Of a stretch of DNA of 28,041 bases, positions 6,962 through 19,987 are shown one piece after another; the stretch's first letter is position 1, and each line of letters begins with the position of its first letter. The stretch is from Methanocaldococcus jannaschii DSM 2661. GTDB lineage: Archaea > AGJL01 > Methanococci > Methanococcales > Methanocaldococcaceae. The notes under the pieces are model-generated. The model made no database searches. It had not been told where the DNA came from and saw only the letters and a list, made by a program, of their open reading frames with translations. A program made the translations under genes and the position numbers. The DNA is taken from contig NC_000909.1 in NCBI RefSeq assembly GCF_000091665.1, forward strand, positions 325,539 through 353,579, read 5' to 3'.

Positions 6962-7492
6962 ATGGCTAAGGCAATCATTGACATAGAAACTACTGGACTC
7001 AACCCTATGGAGCACCGTATAGTTGCCATTGGTGTAAAACTTGGGGATAGGGATATTATTCTGATGGATGAGTCAGAGTATTATTTGTTGGTTAATTTTT
7101 GGGATACGGTGGAAAAAGAAGGTATTGAGAAAATAATCGGCTTTAATATTGACTTTGATTGGCAGTTCCTAAAATTGAGAAGCTTATATCATAGGTTGAA
7201 AATAAAGCATTTCAGAAAATACCAAGGTAGAGTAGATTTAAGGCAGATATTGAATGGGAGTGGTGGGCAGTATAGGAAGGGAACAAAGTTAGTGGATTAC
7301 TGTAGGTTTTTGGGAATTGACGTTCCAGAAGATGACGCTAATGGTAGTGAAATTCCAGAGCTTTGGGAGAAGTTTGAAGAGGAAGGGGATGAAGAAGCTA
7401 AACGCAAAATCTGTGAGCATTTAAAGAGGGATTTAGAGAGAACTTGGGAGTTGTATAAAATATTAGTTGATTGTGGTTTGATTGAGGAATAA
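6962..7492 (+). CDS. DEDDh 3'-5' exonuclease (RNase H-like / DnaQ-like fold)
   Basis: ExoI DIETTG, ExoII NIDFDWQFL, ExoIII H-x4-D (CEHLKRDLE). Confidence 0.75.
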   Translation: MAKAIIDIETTGLNPMEHRIVAIGVKLGDRDIILMDESEYYLLVNFWDTVEKEGIEKIIGFNIDFDWQFLKLRSLYHRLKIKHFRKYQGRVDLRQILNGSGGQYRKGTKLVDYCRFLGIDVPEDDANGSEIPELWEKFEEEGDEEAKRKICEHLKRDLERTWELYKILVDCGLIEE

Positions 7493-7770
7493 TGCCTTTG
7501 GTGGGCTTTATGAAAGAGAAAAAGAGGGCAACATTTTATCTTTATAAAAACATTGACGGTAGGAAACTTAGGTATCTTTTGCATAAGTTGGAAAATGTTG
7601 AAAATGTGGATATAGATACTCTAAGAAGAGCAATTGAAGCTGAAAAGAAATATAAGAGGTCTATAACTCTCACAGAGGAAGAGGAGGTTATAATACAGAG
7701 GTTAGGTAAAAGTGCTAATTTGTTGTTGAACTGCGAGTTGGTGAAGTTGGATGAGGGAGAAAGAGCTTAA
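7492..7770 (+). CDS. Hypothetical protein (92 aa), translationally coupled (TAATG) to the exonuclease gene
   Basis: ORF in operon context immediately upstream of, and overlapping, the integrase gene. An excisionase-like role is only a guess. Confidence 0.5.
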   Translation: MPLVGFMKEKKRATFYLYKNIDGRKLRYLLHKLENVENVDIDTLRRAIEAEKKYKRSITLTEEEEVIIQRLGKSANLLLNCELVKLDEGERA

Positions 7771-8743
7771 ACATATTGAAAATCTTTTACTTTTGAAGGT
7801 TAAGAAAGAGAAAATTGAAGAGACAGATAAAATTAAAGAATATTTAAAAAGGTTTGAAGATGAAAGGAGATTTGATGGGATAAAAGAGAGCACTATAAAG
7901 AGTGATTTAGACAGGTTGAGAGTGTTTTTAGATTATTGCATTAATTACCTTGGAAAAAATCCAGAAGAGTTAAAAACAAGTGATTTCGTTAAATTTTTTA
8001 ATTATTTAGATACGGTTAGAAAAGTATCTAAAAGTTCGCAGAGGAAGTATTTTTTATTATTAAAAGTGTTTTATAGAGTTTTAAGAATGTATAATGTTAT
8101 TCAGGAGTTCGTTGAAGAGAGTAAGGATAGGAAGAGGTTCGCGAGAATTGAAATCCAACATTATGATGCTGTTGATGCTGAAATGTTGAATATGATTTTA
8201 AAGAAGATAATTGAAAGTGGGAGTAGGACCAGGATAAGGGATGCGTTAATAATCAGGTTACTTTGGGACACTGGTTGTAGGGTTTCTGAGGTTCTTAATT
8301 TGAAATACAAGGATTGTGATTTAGACAATGGCATATTTAAGATTCGAAATACCAAAACTCATGAGGAGAGGACTGTTGTTTGTTCATCGGATACTTTAGA
8401 GTTGCTTAGGAATTATGTTCAGTTTAATGTAAGGCAAGGTTCAGATGACTATTTGTTCCAGAATTCTCAGGGTGGGAGGGTTAGAAAAGAGTGGATTAGT
8501 GAAGTGTTTAGAAAGGCAGTGAATGAATTGAAAGAGGAGGGTAAAATCCCTAAAAATAGGCGTATTGTTATTCATAGTATAAGACACGGAAGGGCGGTAG
8601 ATTTATTGAATAAGGGAGTGCCCATCGACATCGTAAAGGAATACTTAGGACATAAGTCGATGAACACTACTTTGATTTATGCTCATTCTAAGGAGAGGGC
8701 TGAGAGTTTGGAGTTTATTAAAAAGTTGTTGAGAATCCAGTAA
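7751..8743 (+). CDS. int: Tyrosine recombinase / integrase (XerC/D-like)
   Basis: Catalytic signature: DTGCRVSE (Arg), HSIRHGRA (His-x-x-Arg), LGHKS, and LIYAH (nucleophilic Tyr). Confidence 0.92.
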   Translation: MREKELKHIENLLLLKVKKEKIEETDKIKEYLKRFEDERRFDGIKESTIKSDLDRLRVFLDYCINYLGKNPEELKTSDFVKFFNYLDTVRKVSKSSQRKYFLLLKVFYRVLRMYNVIQEFVEESKDRKRFARIEIQHYDAVDAEMLNMILKKIIESGSRTRIRDALIIRLLWDTGCRVSEVLNLKYKDCDLDNGIFKIRNTKTHEERTVVCSSDTLELLRNYVQFNVRQGSDDYLFQNSQGGRVRKEWISEVFRKAVNELKEEGKIPKNRRIVIHSIRHGRAVDLLNKGVPIDIVKEYLGHKSMNTTLIYAHSKERAESLEFIKKLLRIQ

Positions 8744-8748
8744 GTTAT

Positions 8749-8884
8749 GGTTGTTGTGGAGTAGTTTGTTTAACTGGATTTGGTGCAGTATAGTAATGCG
8801 GTGTTGTTGGAACATTTTTAGGATGTAAGTGGTAAATTTTGAGGTGTTGGGACACAGGGGAGTTTAGAAGAGTTAAGTGTGGTT
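8749..8884 (+). repeat. C-poor G+T-rich stretch with direct GGTGTTG-type repeats between the integrase stop and the att/tRNA fragment
   Basis: GGTTGTTGTGG (8749-8759), GGTGTTGTTGG (8800-8810), GGTGTTGGG (8843-8851) and GTGTGGTT (8877-8884). The first three start ~43-51 bp apart; the fourth follows 34 bp later. Confidence 0.4.
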
Positions 8885-8892
8885 ATATATTC

Positions 8893-8948
8893 CTTGAGAT
8901 CCAGTGGGGCTTTGCCCCGCCTGGGTTCAAATCCCAGCCCCTGCGCCA
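8893..8948 (+). tRNA. Orphan 3' half of a class II tRNA (Ser-like, possible UGA anticodon), probably an att-site remnant rather than a functional tRNA
   Basis: Long variable arm GGGGC-TTT-GCCCC (8906-8918), T arm CTGGG-TTCAAAT-CCCAG (8921-8937), acceptor 3' strand CCCCTGC, discriminator G, and encoded CCA (8946-8948). No complementary GCAGGGG acceptor, D arm or 5' anticodon stem lies upstream. Confidence 0.65.
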
Positions 8949-9027
8949 ATGATTTAAAATTCTATTTCTATTTTTATTTTGTTTTTAATTATTAAAATTG
9001 AATAATTTAAATATATAGATTAATATT

Positions 9028-9348
9028 TTGGGTGGTGACATGACTTTTGATGAGTTCGAAAGTTTAAAAAATTATCCTCCTAAGGAATCAATAAAAGAAG
9101 AAAAGAGAGTTTTTAATCCAAAAAACATTGAAGTGGGAAATAACTTTATAAAAATAGAAGACATAAAGATTATATTTTCGAAGGATATTGAAAAAGGAGA
9201 AGAAGAGTATTTATTGATGGATGTAATCCTATCTTCTCTTGAAGGAATCTACAACCTTATAGAGGATGAAGTATATAAAAAAGAAATTAAAAAGATATGG
9301 GAGAAGATTAACGAAATAAGAAATTACTACAACCCTGAATTTTTATAA
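9028..9348 (+). CDS. Hypothetical protein (the ATG at 9040 is the more likely start)
   Basis: ORF only; Lys/Glu-rich with no recognisable motif. Confidence 0.4.
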
Positions 9349-9389
9349 AATATTTTTATAAATTTTTAATTTTTTAAAATAATAATTTT

Positions 9390-10499
9390 TTATGGTAACC
9401 ATGTGCTCTCATCTTTAATTTTTTCAGGTAAATATGTATTAACAACATACTTTAAACCGTACTTAGCTAAAGACTGTTGTTCTGCCCTGACTCCCATATC
9501 GAGCATCTGTTTTAAAGCTTTCTGCCATTCTGGGAAACTTCTGACAAAATCGTCATTCTTTAAACCATCTTTTATCCTTTTAATATCCTGCTCTTTTAAT
9601 GGATGAGTTGGTAAATCGTAATCAATGATATCCTGTGGGGTAACTCCAATCAACCTTGCTGCAGGAATTGATAATTTATCAGCTAAGTGTATGGCTTTAC
9701 CACTCCCAACCTTTAAGGTCCTGTAAATGTTTAAATACCCATAAGGGTCTCCGTCTGTAAATACTAAAACAGGCAAGTCGTGTTCTTCATGTAATCTTTT
9801 TATAAACCTTCTTGTAGCCCTTGCTGGAACCCCTTTTAATGAAACCAGTATGCAGTTATGCTTATCCCAGAATCTCTCTGCATTTAATCTTGCAAACATA
9901 CCTGATGTTTCTATTGCCAATATAAAGTCAGCATCTGTCTCAAGGTTTAATTTTGTTACATCGTTTGGGATGTTGTATGCTCCAGTCCCCAATTTTGTAC
10001 AATCAACGACAAGTTCTCCTTCTGGTGTTTCTTCAATAATTTTTAACGGTCCTACTACTGAAGAACCATCTTCCTCTGGAATAAATCCAAGATGTTCCCT
10101 CAACACTCCTAAAGCTGCCTCTAAATCCTCAATAACGTTGTTTGATGCTTGTTGGTCATCAAATCTTGCCTCTCCCCAGTTTTTTGAAACATAGTATGCT
10201 TCCCTTAATGTTGAAAAATCGTCTGTCTCTAACAACTGTTTAGCAAACTCTAACATCTTTGTTGTTTGTGCAAAAATCTTTGCTTGATTTACAGTTAATG
10301 TTCTTGCCTTTTCTTTACCAACTAAAGTAAATGAACCCTTTTCTTTATCAAACATTGCATTAGATAAGCTTCTAATTGGCATTGTTATCTTTGGTCTTTT
10401 CCCTTTCATTAAATCCTCATACATCTTTTTAGCCAATTCAATAATTTTTTGTTTTGCAATCTCTCTTGGTTTTTTTGAGATAGCAGGAAGTTTAACCAT
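9390..10499 (-). CDS. top6A: DNA topoisomerase VI subunit A (Spo11 homolog)
   Basis: Catalytic-Tyr region LREAYYVSKNW and Toprim motifs ILAIETSGMF and FTDGDPYG. I recognise the full-length protein as the crystallised M. jannaschii Top6A. Confidence 0.95.
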   Translation of the reverse strand: MVKLPAISKKPREIAKQKIIELAKKMYEDLMKGKRPKITMPIRSLSNAMFDKEKGSFTLVGKEKARTLTVNQAKIFAQTTKMLEFAKQLLETDDFSTLREAYYVSKNWGEARFDDQQASNNVIEDLEAALGVLREHLGFIPEEDGSSVVGPLKIIEETPEGELVVDCTKLGTGAYNIPNDVTKLNLETDADFILAIETSGMFARLNAERFWDKHNCILVSLKGVPARATRRFIKRLHEEHDLPVLVFTDGDPYGYLNIYRTLKVGSGKAIHLADKLSIPAARLIGVTPQDIIDYDLPTHPLKEQDIKRIKDGLKNDDFVRSFPEWQKALKQMLDMGVRAEQQSLAKYGLKYVVNTYLPEKIKDESTWLP

Positions 10500-10772
10500 T
10501 CACCCTCACCAAGTAATTTTTTATAATTTTTTAATGTTCAATAATTTCAACCTAAATTATTTTATTATGCAAACCCATAACCAATAGATTTTTATACCTC
10601 ATTTTAAAATTGAATAATAATAATATGCAACACCATGATAACTATGGGCAACCATGTAAGGGAATACTATATAAAATATTCATATATAATTATTTGGTTA
10701 ATAGTATTAGCGTTAAAATCTATTATTGTATTTATAGATTCAAATTCAGAATAATAATACGGAGGTCATAAC

Positions 10773-11867
10773 GTGAAATTTCTAAAAAACGTTTTAGAGG
10801 AAGGGAGTAAATTAGAGGAGTTTAATGAATTAGAATTGTCTCCAGAGGATAAGGAATTATTGGAATATTTGCAACAAACTAAAGCAAAAATTACAGTAGT
10901 TGGTTGTGGTGGAGCAGGAAATAACACTATCACAAGGTTAAAGATGGAGGGTATAGAAGGAGCTAAAACCGTTGCTATTAATACTGATGCTCAGCAATTA
11001 ATTAGAACAAAAGCTGATAAAAAAATATTAATTGGTAAAAAATTAACAAGAGGTCTTGGAGCTGGAGGTAATCCAAAAATTGGAGAAGAGGCAGCAAAAG
11101 AAAGTGCTGAAGAGATTAAAGCAGCAATACAAGATTCAGATATGGTATTTATTACTTGTGGTTTAGGAGGAGGGACTGGAACTGGTTCAGCTCCAGTCGT
11201 GGCTGAGATATCCAAAAAGATAGGGGCTTTAACTGTTGCTGTAGTTACACTACCTTTTGTAATGGAAGGGAAAGTTAGGATGAAAAATGCGATGGAAGGT
11301 TTAGAAAGGTTAAAACAACATACTGATACGTTAGTTGTTATTCCAAACGAAAAATTGTTTGAGATAGTTCCAAATATGCCGTTAAAATTGGCATTTAAGG
11401 TAGCTGATGAGGTATTAATCAACGCTGTAAAGGGATTAGTTGAATTAATAACCAAGGATGGATTGATTAATGTTGATTTTGCTGACGTTAAAGCTGTTAT
11501 GAACAATGGAGGCTTAGCGATGATTGGTATCGGGGAGAGTGATAGTGAGAAAAGGGCTAAAGAAGCTGTTAGTATGGCTTTAAACTCCCCATTATTAGAT
11601 GTTGATATAGATGGAGCTACTGGAGCATTAATACATGTAATGGGTCCTGAGGACTTAACATTAGAAGAGGCAAGAGAGGTTGTAGCCACTGTATCCTCAA
11701 GATTAGACCCAAATGCTACAATTATATGGGGAGCTACAATAGATGAGAACTTAGAGAATACCGTGAGGGTTTTATTGGTTATTACAGGAGTTCAGTCAAG
11801 AATTGAATTTACCGATACAGGATTGAAAAGAAAAAAATTAGAACTCACAGGAATTCCAAAAATTTAA
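10773..11867 (+). CDS. ftsZ: Cell division GTPase FtsZ (GTG start)
   Basis: Tubulin signature GGGTGTG and an N-terminal GCGGAGNN motif. The sequence matches the FtsZ from M. jannaschii known from structural work. Confidence 0.97.
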   Translation: MKFLKNVLEEGSKLEEFNELELSPEDKELLEYLQQTKAKITVVGCGGAGNNTITRLKMEGIEGAKTVAINTDAQQLIRTKADKKILIGKKLTRGLGAGGNPKIGEEAAKESAEEIKAAIQDSDMVFITCGLGGGTGTGSAPVVAEISKKIGALTVAVVTLPFVMEGKVRMKNAMEGLERLKQHTDTLVVIPNEKLFEIVPNMPLKLAFKVADEVLINAVKGLVELITKDGLINVDFADVKAVMNNGGLAMIGIGESDSEKRAKEAVSMALNSPLLDVDIDGATGALIHVMGPEDLTLEEAREVVATVSSRLDPNATIIWGATIDENLENTVRVLLVITGVQSRIEFTDTGLKRKKLELTGIPKI

Positions 11868-11876
11868 GGGGATATT

Positions 11877-12101
11877 ATGAAAACAGATTTTAATCAAAAA
11901 ATTGAACAACTTAAAGAATTTATTGAAGAATGTAGGAGAGTTTGGTTAGTTTTGAAAAAACCTACAAAAGATGAATATTTGGCTGTTGCTAAAGTTACAG
12001 CTTTGGGAATATCTTTATTGGGAATTATTGGATACATAATTCACGTTCCAGCAACATACATTAAGGGAATATTAAAACCTCCAACAACTCCAAGAGTATA
12101 A
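11877..12101 (+). CDS. secE: Protein translocase subunit SecE (Sec61 gamma)
   Basis: 74 aa with an amphipathic N-terminus plus a single TM helix (VTALGISLLGIIGYIIHV), in the conserved position before spt5/nusG. Confidence 0.9.
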   Translation: MKTDFNQKIEQLKEFIEECRRVWLVLKKPTKDEYLAVAKVTALGISLLGIIGYIIHVPATYIKGILKPPTTPRV

Positions 12102-12256
12102 AAAAAGCACTTACAGTTGTTAAAAGTTCAACATAGATAAGATATTTATACAACATATTTGAATCTATATTTAATCCCTAAAAATATAAAACTTTTTTTA
12201 TATCACGTTTCACTAAACCTCTATTTTATTTTTTAAAATTTATTTAAGGTGAGATT

Positions 12257-12700
12257 ATGATTTTTGCAGTTAGAACTATGGTCGGCCAGGAAAAGAATAT
12301 AGCTGGATTAATGGCAAGTAGGGCTGAAAAAGAGCAGTTGGATGTTTATTCAATATTGGCTTCAGAGTCATTGAAAGGATATGTTTTAGTTGAGGCAGAG
12401 ACAAAGGGAGATGTTGAAGAATTAATAAAAGGAATGCCAAGGGTTAGGGGAATAGTACCAGGAACAATAGCTATTGAAGAGATAGAACCTTTATTAACTC
12501 CAAAGAAAATCATTGAAAATATTGAGAAAGGAGATGTTGTTGAAATCATTGCTGGGCCATTTAAAGGAGAGAGAGCAAAGGTTATTAGAGTTGATAAGCA
12601 TAAAGAGGAAGTTACCTTGGAACTTGAAAATGCCGCTGTCCCTATACCGATAACCCTTCCAGTTGAGGGTGTTAAAATAGTTTCAAAGCATAAAGATTAA
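12257..12700 (+). CDS. spt5: Transcription elongation factor Spt5 (NusG)
   Basis: NGN domain followed by a KOW motif (GDVVEIIAGPFKGERAKV), in secE-nusG-L11 synteny. Confidence 0.93.
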   Translation: MIFAVRTMVGQEKNIAGLMASRAEKEQLDVYSILASESLKGYVLVEAETKGDVEELIKGMPRVRGIVPGTIAIEEIEPLLTPKKIIENIEKGDVVEIIAGPFKGERAKVIRVDKHKEEVTLELENAAVPIPITLPVEGVKIVSKHKD

Positions 12701-12797
12701 ATTTATATTAGAGGCATAACTTTATATACCAAATATATTAATTTTATCTACACATTAATTTTCTTATTGAAACACTCCAAACATGAGGTGAATATTT

Positions 12798-13283
12798 ATG
12801 GCTAAGGAGGTTGTTGAAGTATTAGTTACTGGAGGTAGAGCAACAGCAGGGCCACCATTAGGGCCTGCAATTGGGCCTTTAGGAGTCAATGTCATGCAAG
12901 TTGTTAAAGAGATTAATGAAAAAACAAAAGACTATGAAGGAATGCAAGTTCCAGTTAAAGTTATAGTTGATACCGAAACAAGAAAGTTTGAAATTGAAGT
13001 TGGAATTCCTCCAACAACTGCTCTAATTAAAAAGGAGTTAGGAATTGAAACCGCTGCTCACGAACCAAGACATGAAGTTGTTGGAAACTTAACATTGGAA
13101 CAGGTTATTAAAATAGCTAAGATGAAAAAAGATGCTATGCTCTCATATACATTAAAGAACGCTGTAAAAGAGGTTTTAGGAACCTGTGGTTCAATGGGAG
13201 TGACAGTTGAAGGAAAAGACCCTAAAGAAGTCCAAAAAGAGATTGATGCTGGAGTTTATGATGAATACTTTAAAGAAGAATAA
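12798..13283 (+). CDS. rpl11: 50S ribosomal protein uL11
   Basis: [20 protein letters not shown] is the L11 N-terminal signature. Confidence 0.95.
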   Translation: MAKEVVEVLVTGGRATAGPPLGPAIGPLGVNVMQVVKEINEKTKDYEGMQVPVKVIVDTETRKFEIEVGIPPTTALIKKELGIETAAHEPRHEVVGNLTLEQVIKIAKMKKDAMLSYTLKNAVKEVLGTCGSMGVTVEGKDPKEVQKEIDAGVYDEYFKEE

Positions 13284-13339
13284 ATTGATTTTTCCTTTTT
13301 TATTTTTCTTTTGATAATATTCTGGTTTTTATGTATTTT
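13284..13339 (+). terminator. Oligo-T tracts downstream of rpl11 (archaeal intrinsic terminator candidate)
   Basis: TTTTTCCTTTTTTATTTTTCTTTT lies directly after the stop codon. Archaeal RNA polymerase terminates at oligo-T runs. Confidence 0.4.
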
Positions 13340-14332
13340 TTAGATATTATCTATTAATTTGTATATATCTATTCTTGTTAAACATCCACAGAAAATTCCA
13401 ATAATCATTCCAGCAAGGACATCCAAAGGATAATGAACTCCAACATAAACTCTACTATAAGCTACAATTATAGCCCAACTTAAAAACAATATTCCAAGTT
13501 TTTTTGAGTAAAATAATAAGGATGTTGCTAATGTAAATGCTAAAGTTGTATGACCACTTGGAAAGCTTGGCTCATTTCCTTCATTGCATAACAAATGCAC
13601 ATTATCTAAAACTAAATAAGGCCTTGGCTCATTTACTAAATATTTTAATGAAAATGCAATCATAAAAGCTAAAAATAAGGCGAAGATTAATTTCATCCCG
13701 AATTTTCTATTTTTTATAAATATTATTAAGGATGTGATTGCAATTAAAGGATATGCTGTTTTAGAGATGATTGGCATAATTGCATCAAATATATAATTAT
13801 AGTGAGAATTTATTAAATAGAATAAATAAATATTTATATCACTTAATCTATTTATATTTCCCAAAACATCTCCAAAATATGCAACTGCCAAAAATCTTGG
13901 TAATCTTCCAATTATTGTTCCAACTGTAAATAATAATTTATGCATTTCAAAAATTCCAGATAGCCATGCAATAACTTTATATGGTAAGGGGGAGAAACCC
14001 GCAATTACAACTCCATAAACTCCATATTTGTTAAAAAATTCTTCTCCTTTATGCAGATATTTCTCTCCAAAAAGTTTTATAAATATTGGATGCCCTAATT
14101 TATCCCCTAAGAAGTAGCCAAACAAACCTCCTAAAGTTGTGCCAATTGTTGCTACTATAGCAGAGATTATTGGATTTAAACCAAAAAAAGATGCCCCAAT
14201 TATAAAAACATCTGGGGGAATTGGTTGTATAAATGCCTCTGTAAATGAAATTATAAATATCCCAATGTAACCATAATTATTTACAAGATATTCAGCCATA
14301 GCGTATAAATCCATATAACCACCAGATATCAT
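13340..14332 (-). CDS. Fusion membrane protein: N-terminal DedA/VTT (SNARE-associated) domain plus C-terminal PAP2 lipid phosphatase
   Basis: DedA-like segments [18 protein letters not shown] and [16 protein letters not shown]2 motifs [14 protein letters not shown] and [13 protein letters not shown]. Confidence 0.8.
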
Positions 14333-14378
14333 TAATTTCCTAAGGTTAATAAAGTGTTATTGTTTATTTAAATATTTT

Positions 14379-15143
14379 ATGAGGGAGAGTATGAGAATTG
14401 AGTTAGAGTTACAGACAGACAACTTCACAGTAATTCCTTATAATCATCAGTATTATTTGGCATCAGCCATATACAATAAAATTCACTCTGCAAATCCTGC
14501 CTATGCTAAAAGATTACATAATTATCAGAAGTTTAAGTTCTTTACTTTTTCTTTATTGCAGATTAGAAAGAGGGTTATTAGAAAGGAAGGGATTGAAACT
14601 ATAGATGGGAAGGCATATCTCTATATATCCTCACCAAACAATGAGTTTATTGAGAATTTTGTTGCTGGACTCTTAGAGGATGGAAAGTTGAGAGTAGGAA
14701 ATGTTGAATTCTTTGTAAGAAAGGCTAAAATTCTACCAATTCCAAAGAAATTCAATATATTAAAAACCATATCTCCAATTTACTTAAAGACGATGATTGA
14801 GACAGAAGATGGTTTAAAAACTTATGATTTATTACCAAACAATTCTAAATTTTATGAAAACTTAAAGAATAATCTAAAAAAGAAATATGAAGCATTCTAT
14901 AATGAAAAATGTGACATGAACTTTGAATTTGAAGTCTTAAAATTTAGACCTAAAAGGATGAGAATAAAAAATGATATTTATTGTAGGTGTTCTGAAATGG
15001 TGTTTAAGGTCTGGGGGGACTACGATTTAATAAAATTTGGTTATGAGTGTGGTTTTGGAGAGAAGAATAGTATGGGTTTTGGAATGGTTGTAAATGTTGA
15101 AGATAAAAATCAAAAAAATAAAAAACTCAAAACAAAAATTTAA
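14379..15143 (+). CDS. cas6: Cas6 CRISPR RNA endoribonuclease
   Basis: C-terminal glycine-rich loop GFGEKNSMGFGMV; size and cas context fit. Confidence 0.85.
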   Translation: MRESMRIELELQTDNFTVIPYNHQYYLASAIYNKIHSANPAYAKRLHNYQKFKFFTFSLLQIRKRVIRKEGIETIDGKAYLYISSPNNEFIENFVAGLLEDGKLRVGNVEFFVRKAKILPIPKKFNILKTISPIYLKTMIETEDGLKTYDLLPNNSKFYENLKNNLKKKYEAFYNEKCDMNFEFEVLKFRPKRMRIKNDIYCRCSEMVFKVWGDYDLIKFGYECGFGEKNSMGFGMVVNVEDKNQKNKKLKTKI

Positions 15144-15506
15144 TTGTGGCTAATAATTGTTAATATCTCCTATTTACTTTTTCATTATTGCATAAAAACG
15201 TGTTAAACAAAATCATTTATTAATCATACTACATAACTCATAACAACCTATTTATACACTTCTATCTTTTAACAACTTTTCAATCTTTACTTTATTTTCA
15301 TATACTTTATATATAAGCTTTACATATAAATGTTAGTTTATTTATTTAAATCTAGATTATATCGATACGTTTATATATAGGTTATTTCAAAATATCTATT
15401 ATTTAAAATTAAATTTGTTAAAAAGTCATATCTAAACTGGTGAAGATATGCTCACTATACCTCTTGATAATTTTATAAAACAAAGAATACTTTTTTTACC
15501 ATTTAT

Positions 15507-18214
<2,708 letters not shown>

Positions 18215-18317
18215 AATTTTATGTTACTTCGAAGATACGTCAAAAGTGAGCTAAGAGGCATTGCTTCTGCAAAGAAGCAATGCATCCTGGGTATCCCAAT
18301 AGGGCGAAGCCCTATGG
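18215..18317 (+). other. GC-rich ~100-nt insert with two strong hairpins between cas4 and cas1; candidate structured ncRNA or MITE-like insertion
   Basis: Hairpin 1 at 18258-18283 is GCATTGCTTC-TGCAAA-GAAGCAATGC (10-bp perfect stem). Hairpin 2 at 18299-18315 is ATAGGGC-GAA-GCCCTAT. Local GC is clearly above the AT-rich background. Confidence 0.45.
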
Positions 18318-18367
18318 TATCAGAAAATCTGCAAAATTGTGCTTATTATGAGTTATGTTTTATTTAA
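18318..18367 (+). pseudogene. Decayed duplicate of the cas4 3' end
   Basis: TATCAGAAAATCTGCAAAATTGTGCTTATTATGAGTTATGTTTTATTTAA parallels cas4 18164-18214. It still encodes [10 protein letters not shown]-stop in one frame, but a 1-nt deletion breaks the link to YQKICK. Confidence 0.7.
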
Positions 18368-19971
<1,604 letters not shown>

Positions 19972-19987
19972 AAATACTTCTTATGTA

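Larger units (their letters stand above)
1..8948. mobile_element. Integrated MCM/tyrosine-integrase element (plasmid- or provirus-like). Right boundary at an orphan tRNA 3' half; left boundary not visible in the window
   Basis: An intact tyrosine recombinase (7751-8743) lies next to a 3'-only tRNA fragment (8893-8948). A divergent MCM, an exonuclease, small wHTH/AbrB-like regulators, a toxin-like operon and iteron-like repeats lie upstream. Core genes (top6A, ftsZ) start only to the right of the tRNA fragment. Confidence 0.7.

Noticed and set aside
8854-8948. Possible full-length tRNA-Ser starting at ACAGGGG (8854)
   Set aside because: The 5' segment has an A1-C72 mismatch, no D arm, and cannot pair with the 3' anticodon stem. 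Only the 3' half folds.
9850-10194. 114-aa ORF antisense to top6A (also 9403-9606)
   Set aside because: Embedded in a confidently identified gene, with a Ser-rich, low-information sequence.
9390-10499. top6A without an adjacent top6B, as a possible anomaly
   Set aside because: Separation of the two topo VI subunit genes occurs in several archaea. Nothing in the sequence suggests decay of top6A.
10500-10772. Repeated ATGCAAMCC / CAACCATG words in the top6A-ftsZ intergenic region, as a possible origin or operator
   Set aside because: The matches are short and imperfect, with no consistent spacing or symmetry. The region is better explained as two divergent AT-rich promoters.
10991-11689. 232-aa ORF antisense to ftsZ
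   Set aside because: It lies entirely inside the unambiguous ftsZ gene. Its Ala/Ser/Thr/Ile-rich low-complexity product is the typical mirror image of a Gly/Ala/Val-rich gene, and it has no motif.
18215-18317. C/D box sRNA in the cas4-cas1 insert
   Set aside because: No C box (RUGAUGA) or properly placed D box (CUGA). The structure is two independent hairpins rather than a kink-turn architecture.
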